Source of the DNA: the human T2T-CHM13v2.0 reference genome, Homo sapiens
DNA: 64,000 nt
Assembly (NCBI RefSeq): GCF_009914755.1
Contig: NC_060931.1
Reading direction: 5' to 3' (one strand)
A model generated the notes under the pieces. The model was given only the letters and a program-made list of their open reading frames with translations, ran no database searches and was not told the origin of the DNA. Positions 55,691-64,000 of this stretch are shown in pieces (the first letter of the stretch is position 1; the number at the start of each line of letters is the position of its first letter). The position numbers were made by a program, and so were the translations under genes.

Positions 55691-55832
55691 AGGTTACTCC
55701 ACCAATCTAAGGGCATCACACCCTACGAGAAGCTTGAGACAGTGTAAAGTGAACTGAACTTGGAGAGAGGAGATCGTCCCCAAGACCTAAGTGCTAGAAA
55801 CTGTGGTGTTACCCTGGCAAAGTCTCTTTACG

Positions 55833-56134
55833 TTCTTTCTTTTTTTTTTTTTGAGACAGAGTTTTGCTCTGTCACCCAGGCTGGAGTTCAGTAGTCTGAT
55901 CTCGGCTCACTGAAATCTCTACCTCCTGGGTTCAAGTAATTCTCTTGCTTCAGCCTCCTGAGTAGCTGGGATTACAGGAGCCCACCATCACATCTGGCTA
56001 ATTTTTATATTTTTAATACAGGTGGGGCTTCATCATGTTGGCCAGGCTGGTCTCGAACTCCTGACCTCAAGTTGACCTGCCAACCTGGCTTCCCAAAATG
56101 CTGGGATTACAGGCATGAGCCACTGTGCCCAGCC
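55833..56134 (-). mobile_element. AluSx/Sz-like SINE inside a MIR
   Basis: Reverse Alu; TSD gtctctttac; MIR core split around it (accctggcaaagtc | gggcctcggtttgtctgcaaaatgagg). Confidence 0.93.
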
Positions 56135-56657
56135 TGTCTCTTTACTTTCATGGGCCTCGGTTTGTCTGCAAAATGAGGACATCCATCTAGATATCTGAGA
56201 TAACTTCCAGTCCTAACATTTTATGGTTTGAAATTTACTTTTTCTGCCTCAAAGAGAAAGACAAAGAATGAATAATAAGAAAACCAAGAAAGCAGAGAAA
56301 TAGAAAGAAATAAAGGAAAAGAAAATAATGAGGGGAGAAATACAGAGAGCAGGAACATCAGACAAGCAGAAAAGTGGAAGCATGTGTGATAGCCCAAACA
56401 AAACGAAAGGAGGGCATCTGAGGGAGCAGAAAATGGAAGCTTATTTATCTGCGTGTGTGTGTGTGTGTGCGTGTGCATTTGCATTTAACCTTGTTTGCTC
56501 ATAATCTGGTTGCAAAAAATATATAGCTATATAATAAGGAGCCGAACATTTCCCCTGGTTGCATACAAACTCCTGTTTTATAAACCATTATCTCCTGATG
56601 CTATTAATTTAGGACATATTGTTCGAGGGACTGCTGAGGCACGACCTGTGGAAGGTG

Positions 56658-56660
<3 letters not shown>

Positions 56661-56699
<39 letters not shown>
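56661..56699 (+). repeat. (TG)19 microsatellite (a shorter imperfect one lies at ~56449-56476)
   Basis: Read directly. Confidence 0.97.
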
Positions 56700-56702
<3 letters not shown>

Positions 56703-57268
56703 GAGAGCGAGCCTTCTTTTTTTCTCCCTCCTTTACATAAAGCAAAGCAGTTTGTTGACAAAAGTGAGGTCAGGGAGAGAACCATTTTCCAGGTCTGCGG
56801 CACCAGCCTGTCTTCAGCTGCCTGCTCACATTCCACCTGGAAAGATTGCAGTGGAAACAGCCTTCCCTTACTGGAGTTGTGCATGTCCTCTCTGGCTCCT
56901 GGCCCAGTGATCCTGGCACACACCCAGAACCCCAGGCCCCATGCAGACTGCAGTCAGAGCCACCTCCGTATCTCCGGATAGCTCTGTTGCTTTCTCCTGG
57001 GTGGGAATCCTTGGACTGAGATTCCCCCAAATAAACCCCCTCATTGGTAAGAAGCTGCAGCCCCTGCTCCTTTAACTATTGCTCTCAGTTTGCAGGGTAC
57101 CAAGTTATGTGCCACCTCAATTCTCATTCACACCCTCCCCCACCTTTGTGGCTGCTGACCTTCTCATAATAGCTAGCCTACAATAATTGTGCAGCAAGTG
57201 GGGTTGCCAATTAAATTGTGCAGTGATAATTACGCAGCAATTAGGGGTGTGTATAATTGTGCAGCAAG

Positions 57269-57454
57269 TAGGGTTGCAAATAAAAATCCAGCATACCCGC
57301 TAGTTTAGAATTTCAAATTAGCAATGTATTTTTTAGGATAAGCATGTCCCAAATATTGCATAGGACATAATTATACTAAAAAATTATTCTTTTTTTTTTT
57401 TGGGGGGGAAGTTCAAATTGAACTGGGCAACTTGTATACTTTCTGGCAACCCTA
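57269..57454. mobile_element. MER53 palindromic hAT MITE
   Basis: TIRs tagggttgc...gcaacccta; centre atgtcccaaatattgcataggacataattatactaaaaaatta. Confidence 0.88.
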
Positions 57455-57844
57455 GAAGAAGGGGAAACTGACACTGCAAAGTTCCCTTGCTCTTCCTGTT
57501 TTCATTCTTCTTGGGTCTGAGACAGCCAAGTCACTGTACTATTGGCAACCTCTCCTTCCTTACCCCCGCTGACATTTTTCATGTGATACTTTTAGTTCTT
57601 TTTGTTCTTGGTCAGTCCCTTTTAGATAGAGGGAGTCAGGTAAGTGCTGTAAATAAATAAATAGCATTGCCCATCACCCAGATTAACCCTTGGGAATTGT
57701 GTCTCTATTCCATTGTGATTTGTTTGCCAGCGCTCAGGTAATGCTCCTTTTTTTTTTTCACATGCCTTCCTTCATAAATATTTATCTTTTGCCATCAGGA
57801 CACCAGGGAGGATGGAACTCTGAGATGGAAAATCCATCAAAATG

Positions 57845-58175
57845 GCAAACATTCTAGCAATCACACTTCTAAGAATCTGTCCCAAAGAAATCATCAGAGA
57901 TGTGCAGAGATTTATGTACAAGGATGTGCATCCCAGTGCTATTTATAACAGTGAAATATTGGAGACTCTCCAAGTGTCCATCAGTGGGAGGATGGTAAAT
58001 GATGGGACATTCCTCAAGTGGAATATTATGTGACAGCTAAAAATCATGTTTTTAGAAAAATATTTTATGACATAGTAATGTTAATAATATAGAGAGTGAA
58101 AAAAGTGATACATGGCAGTGTGATCTGAATACACATAGGAAAAAGTCTAGGACGTTCACCAATATGTTAGTTGTT
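57845..58175 (+). mobile_element. L1ME 3' relic
   Basis: tagcaatcacacttctaagaatctgtcccaaagaaatcatcagagatgtgc. Confidence 0.75.
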
Positions 58176-58749
58176 TGGAAAAGCATAGAGCCCTGCCTGC
58201 AGCACTGCATGCAATTCATTTCAGAGTTTCTCCTGTTCTGATGGTCAGGACGCCATGGTTGAAAATCAGCATGAAATTGTGGTTTGGTTCCACTTTATCT
58301 ATGGGGCATCATTGTTTGTTTGTTGTTTTTCAGCACTGGGGTGGGTGTGAAGAGACAAAGGGGACAAAACTAGTGCCTCTGTTCATAAAATCATGTCTCT
58401 CACATGTGCAGAGGTGACGACACATCTTGGAGAACCCAGAAGTGACATGGCCTCCTCATGGATCCCTCTATCTCATCTTTCCTGTCTGCAAGGCTGCTGT
58501 TTAACTTCCCAGACCCCAATCCCATCCTAGTAAGCTTCTACCCAACATTCTTCTATGGCTCCTTATTACCTTTAGCAGTGGCTCCCAATCTGTAGAGGAC
58601 TCCCCAGAACTGGGGCTCAGGAACCCATGTCTCACATACAGTCTCACACACATGATCAGCAAATTATGCACGTTGTTTTTCAATGTAGGTAAATGCTGTT
58701 GTCATCAATAGAATACAAAATATTGGTTTAAAAAGCTTTTTTTTGTGGT

Positions 58750-59095
58750 AGGGGGAGGAAGGGAAGAATGAATAGAAATAACACAGAGGATCTTTAGGGC
58801 AGTAAAACAATTATTCTGCATGATACTGTAATGGTAGATGCATTCAATGTACATTTCAAAACCCATAGACTATACAACACAAAGAGTGAACCCTAATGTA
58901 AACCACAGACTTTGGTTTATAATAATTTATCAGTATTGGCTCATCTATTGTATAAATGTACGGCACTAATGCAAGATGTTAAAAATAGGGAACCCAAGGA
59001 AGGCAGGTGGGAGGGATCTATGGAAACTCTCTGTACTTTCCACTTATTTTTTTTCTGTAAACCTAAAACTGCTTCCCTCAGAAATAGCCTATTAA
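58750..59095 (+). mobile_element. L1MC-type 3' end
   Basis: tgatactgtaatggtagat...aacacaaagagtgaaccctaatgtaaac...tctgtaaacctaaaactgct. Confidence 0.85.
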
Positions 59096-59124
59096 TTTTT
59101 TAGAAAGCCTTTTGTATATAGTAT

Positions 59125-59618
59125 TGACACAGGATTTTCTTGGTCACTTTGCAAGCCAAGGACCTCCAGCCAGCGACGCCCCATCCAGGTCTTGCTCAAC
59201 CAGGCTACCTGTTGCAGGAGATAGCCCGTCCACTACGGCCGAGTCTGGCTTGTGCATTGGTTCCCAAGTTCTTGTCCCACACTCAAGAAGAATGAGGATG
59301 CACTGACAGTCAAACAGTGAGCAATGTGCAAAGTTTTGTTGAGTGATGAAACAGCTTTTAGCAGAGAGGGGACACAGGGGTGGTCCCCCTACCTGAAGGT
59401 GGGAAAGTCCCCCCCGTGTGACTGAGACTGGGGATTTTATGGGCTCAGAATAGGGGAGGGGCAGGCAAATGGAACAGAAGTTCTCACTCTGAGTCTTGGG
59501 TTTCATCTGGGACCAGCAGTCCAGTCTTTCAGACTTCATGCTGTTTTTTTGGCTTGAAGGTGGGGTTTCACCTAGGCCCCTATCTACTTAGGAGTTTGGC
59601 TGCCTCCTGCTGTTCTCA
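59125..59618 (-). mobile_element. ERV1 solo LTR (LTR9-like)
   Basis: TG...CA termini with perfect 4-bp TSD gtat (59121-59124 and 59619-59622); caagttcttgtcccacactcaagaagaatgagg typical of the LTR9/MER52/MER61 group. Confidence 0.85.
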
Positions 59619-60152
59619 GTATACTTATACTTTTTACATATGCTTTCTAATCAATCAAATTAAAATATACTTATGATCAAATGATGGCCACTGAAACATA
59701 GAGAAATTATTTCCTTTTAAAATTGTGGCTGCTGACCTTTGTTTCATGTTTCTGGGGTAAAAGTATGGGCTTTATATTTTTTTGACTTCAAAGGTTTATT
59801 CATTCTGTGTGAATGAGTATTTGATTTTCATACAACTTATTTATAAAGAGCCTTTAAAAGGGGGAGAGATTATTCCCACTTGAACAGTTGGGGAACCATT
59901 GGCCTATTGATTGAAATTTAGCTTCTCAGTGTTACCTGGTCCCCACACTCCCCACCACCAGCTCTTTCCTCAACATGCCATCAGCCTTCAAGCTGTTTCT
60001 TCTTTGAACATCTTTTTCCACTTCTCCACTCTCCCATTTTACTTCCTTCTTTAAGGCTTGATTCAAACATCACATCTTCCCTGAAGACTTCCTGGTTGTC
60101 TGGATTAGAGGTGGCCTCTTGCTTTGTGCTCTAAAACATCTTGTTTACACCA

Positions 60153-61296
60153 TGATATGGTTTGGCTCTGTGTCCCTACCCAAATCTCATGTCGAATTGT
60201 AATCCCCACATACTGAAGGAGGGACCTGGTGGGAGGTTATTGGATCATGGGGTCGGGTTCCCCCATGCTGTTCTGGTAATAGTGAGGGAGTTCTCATGAG
60301 ATCTGATGGTTTTAAAAGTGGCAGTTTTTCCTGTGCCCTCTCTTGCCTGCTGCCATGTAAGATGTGCCTTGCTTCCCCTTCATCTTCTGCCACAACTGTA
60401 AGTTTCCTGAGACCTCCCCAGCCATGTGGAACTGTGAGTCAATTAAATCTCCTTTCTTTACAAATTACCCAGGCTCAGGTGGTATTTTTTAATAGCAGTC
60501 TGAAAATGGACTTATACAGAGAATTGGTACAGGAACAGTGGGGTAGTGCTATAAGGATAACCTGAAAATGTGGAAGTGACTTTGGAACTGGGTAATGGGC
60601 AGAGGTTGGAACACTTTGGAGGGCTCAGAAGAAGACAGGAAGATGTGGAAAAGTTTGGAACTTTCTAGAGACTTGTTGAATGGTTTTGACCAAAATGCTG
60701 ACAGTGATAGGATAATGAAGTCCAGGTTGAGGTGGTCTCAGATGGAGATGAGGTACTTATTGGAAACTGGAGCAAAGGTCACTATTGCTATGCTTTAGCA
60801 AACCGGCTGGCATCATTTTGCCCCTACCCTGGAAGTCTGTTGGACTTTGAACCTGAGAGAGATGATTTAGGGTATCTGGCAGAAGAAATTTCTAAGCAGC
60901 AAGGCATTCAAGAGGTGACCTGGTTGATTCTGAAGGCATTCAATTATAGTGCTCACCAAGAAATGGTTTGAGATTGGAACTTATATTTAAAGGGGAAGCA
61001 GAGCATAAAAGTTTGGAAAATTTGCAGCCTGATGGTGGTTTCCCCCATACTGTGCTTGTGATAGTGATGGAGTTCTCATGAGATCTGATGGTTTAAAAGT
61101 GGCAGTTTTTCCTGCACTCTCTCTTGTCTGCCACCATGTAAGATGTGCCTTGCTTTCCCTGCACTTTCTGCCATGATTGTAAGTTTCCTGAGGCTTCCCC
61201 AGTCATGTGGAACTGTGAGTCAATTAAACCCTTCTTTGTAAATTACCCCAGTCTTAGGTTGCATTCTTTACAGCAGTGTGAAAACGGACTAATACA
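60153..61296 (+). mobile_element. THE1D/MSTA-type MaLR element: 5' LTR (60153-60518), partial internal region (60519-~61033), 5'-truncated 3' LTR (~61034-61296)
   Basis: tgatatggtttggctctgtgtcc start; internal aaaatgtggaagtgactttggaactgggtaa; ggactaataca end; 5-bp TSD cacca/tacca. Confidence 0.93.
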
Positions 61297-61499
61297 TACC
61301 ATATTGAGGCACTTGCAATGGTTTCGTTCATACCTCTGTTTCCCCTCATGGATTTGTGGGCAATTTGGGGGAAAGGTACATGTTTTAAGACTTTAAAAAA
61401 TTATCTCTACTTCTTGAACACTGACTAGAAATATGTTTGTTAATTGAGACAGTCACCTTGTCCCCAGCCCAAATGGAGGTCCCAGCTCAAGGATTCTCA

Positions 61500-62170
61500 T
61501 GCATTAGTTCATCCAACCATTCATTCAACAACTATTTATTGAACACATATTATGGGTCAGATACTATTGGAGGCACTGAGGATATGGTGGGTACATGATA
61601 GAGGAGGACTCTGCTCTCAGGGAACTGTCATTCTTATGGGAGACTTAGGTAATATGCAAGTTAACAGTAAACAGATAAAGAAGAGAATCTTAGATCAAAA
61701 CAGGGCAATGTCGTTGATTTAGTCATTCGGCAAATATTTATTCAGTACCTATGTCTTATTAGATATTACTATAGTTTCTGGGCATGTGGAAGAGAACAAA
61801 ACAAAGGTCCTATCTTCAAAGATGCTCTTCGGGTAGAAAAAGACTTGGCGGATGAGGTGTAGTATTAGATAGGATGGTCAAGGCAGACATTTCAAAGGCA
61901 CTGCATGGGACCTAAGTAATTAAGAGGATGGCACTTGAACAAACACTTCTATAAATAATGAAGAGGAACCAGTTATGGAAATATCAGGAAGAGAATTGCT
62001 TCAGGAAGATGAGAAAATAAGTGCAAAGGCCCCAAGGCAGGAATGAGCTTGTCATGAGGAACACAAGCAGGCCAGTGTGTCTGCAGTGGTAAGAGCTAAG
62101 GGTAGGAGCTCCCATGGGGCCCTGCAGGTGGTGCTCAGGTGTTTAGATTTTGTTTTATTTAATTTTAAAT
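61500..62170 (-). mobile_element. L2 relics (two 3' ends)
   Basis: ccattcattcaacaactatttattgaac; tcattcggcaaatatttattcagtacct; aagtgcaaaggccccaaggcaggaatgagcttg. Confidence 0.75.
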
Positions 62171-64000
62171 GCATAAGGAGCTATTAGTTCAGGATGGATA
62201 AATGTGGATCTATTTCCTGGAGCTCACATCTGAAGATTTGATTCAGTGAGTGTGGTGTAAAGCCTTGGAATCTGCAAAACATTCCCACGGTGGTTTCAAA
62301 GCAAGAAGTCTGTGAATAATTCTTGATGGTAGATTTTAGAGAGACCGCTTGGACTTTTACTAAATGCCTGCTATTTAGATTTGAAATCAGCATGGGAGGA
62401 GGCTTTGGGTCAAATACATCACAGAGCTGCAAGGAAGGATAACTGGTTCCCTGCAGCATCCCAGACCCCAATTCTTTGGCCTAGCACTGAGACTCCTTTA
62501 TGCGTTGAGAAACCCTTGGAGAGCTTGTGGAGCTTCAGCTTCTTACGTGGGCCTCAGTATCTGGAGAAAGCAATGCAAAGGTTGCATTGGCTTAAGGAGT
62601 AGAGTTCTGAAGTTCATGCCATTTAACGTCTCTGAGTTCTGGCCTTCTAAAGTGGTTCCAAAATCTAGCAAAGAAACTGGATGAGATTCACTCAAGGATT
62701 CCCTCTCTACAAATAAAATGAAGTAAAATAAAATTTGGATTATATTATTTTATGAAAATCATGATAATCTTCTGAAGCAGGTAGGTCAGGATCATTATCC
62801 ATGGCAGAGTTGAGTTGAGAATACAGCGTCTCCTGATGCATAGCCCCAGGCTCTTCCAAAACATCCAGCATCAGCTCCTCAGCCCATGTTCGGTGCACAC
62901 CGAAACCCCTGATTCCTAAAACCTTGTTTCTTATTCTGTTCCTCTGTTTACAGACAGGACTGCACCCAGGCTGGTAGAGGGCTATTTTGTTTAAAGGTGT
63001 CTGGGGAAGAAATACTCACAACCTCACTCCGAGCCCTTTCTGGGATCATTGCCTCTTGGCATTTCTTGTGCAAGGAAAGGAGGCAGGGTTGAGCTTGGGG
63101 CTGAGCAATGAAGACCAGATGGCGTCTGCCACATATTAGCTGGGTGACTTTAGGCAAATCCTGTCCCTCTCTGGGCCTGGGTTTGCTCCTCTGGAAAGTG
63201 AACTGGTGAGATGAAATGTAACTTCTGACATTTATTCCATGGTTTTTCTGTCGTTTGCTTTATAGAGCTGGGGAAATAGAGGCTCAGTGTCAGGACGTGT
63301 TGGAGAAAATTGCCTTTTGAATAGAGAGTGGAATTACAATTGCTCTCTGCTTCCCTGTTCAGTGAGCTGGCCACTGCCAGACCATACTCCCTCCCTGGCA
63401 AGCTTTTGTTCAAAGCAGCATGCAGAGAGGCTGGAACAAGCCCACTGGCCTCTTGGTCCTGCTCCTCATTTTCCACTCCAGCCTCATTTAGAAGGAGGCT
63501 TTTATTATCCCTTTTTCTCTTGGTTTCCTTTCTTTCCTATTGGGATGCAGCTGCAAACACAATTAGAGAGGACAAATGCTAATTTCATCTAGAACTGGAA
63601 ACTGAATTTCTTTTTAAAAAGGAGATGGGACCTCAGAGGGAACATTCTTTATTTTCAAAGCATCAGTGAACCAGAGGAAGGAAGAGGGGCTGCTGTGATT
63701 TGGGAAGCTGTGCTCCCCGCTCTTAGTGTGAGAAAGTAGACTCCAGAGTCCCTGACTGAAGTGACATTACATTTGTTCAGGAAGCATGATCCATCAGCTG
63801 GAAAACACGGGGATGTGCCTGGGACTAGCTCACAATCTCAGAGAGGCTTTAACACAGGCACTGATGGTGGCCATGGACACCTGGAGAGAGGGTTGCCATA
63901 GCTCCATCACTTTGACTTAGAGTTGAGCAATTTGGACCTGACTGGACAGCAGAGGACATACCCAGTCCGTCCAGTAGAGGGTGCCAGCAGCCTCCACCCA

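Noticed and set aside
57183-57285. CRISPR-like repeat-spacer array
   Set aside because: Primate DNA, irregular degenerate units, no unique spacers or cas genes; explained as local duplication at a MER53 end
63968-63987. CTCF site (ccagtagagggtgcc)
   Set aside because: Mismatch at the strongly conserved C of the GGC core; cannot be supported without ChIP data

Overview
This is repeat-rich, non-coding primate DNA, very probably human or great ape given the AluY/S/J, L1PA, THE1/MST and HERV-W content. I cannot place the locus from sequence alone and I find no supportable host protein-coding exon, RNA gene or CpG island. Nearly all listed ORFs are chance frames or transposon relics. The main structure is a minus-strand HERV-W (HERV17/LTR17) provirus at ~25.4-29.5 kb. 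It has a complete 3' LTR, three internal deletions, a duplicated leader segment and a second RNase H relic in the pre-gag region. Its 5' end is missing and is replaced by a young, 5'-inverted L1PA with no recognisable target-site duplication (TSD). The rest is 18 Alus, MaLR/ERV1/ERVL LTRs, old L1M/L2/CR1/MIR relics, hAT MITEs (MER5, MER58, MER53) and microsatellites, separated by repeat-free islands that look like developmental enhancers. I did not find a new biological system. The best leads are mutational scars: a probable L1-mediated deletion of the provirus, a 57-bp templated insertion and a fold-back template switch in an Alu. Repeat subfamily names come from recalled consensus features, and boundaries of old repeats are approximate (tens of bp); both need RepeatMasker/Dfam confirmation.
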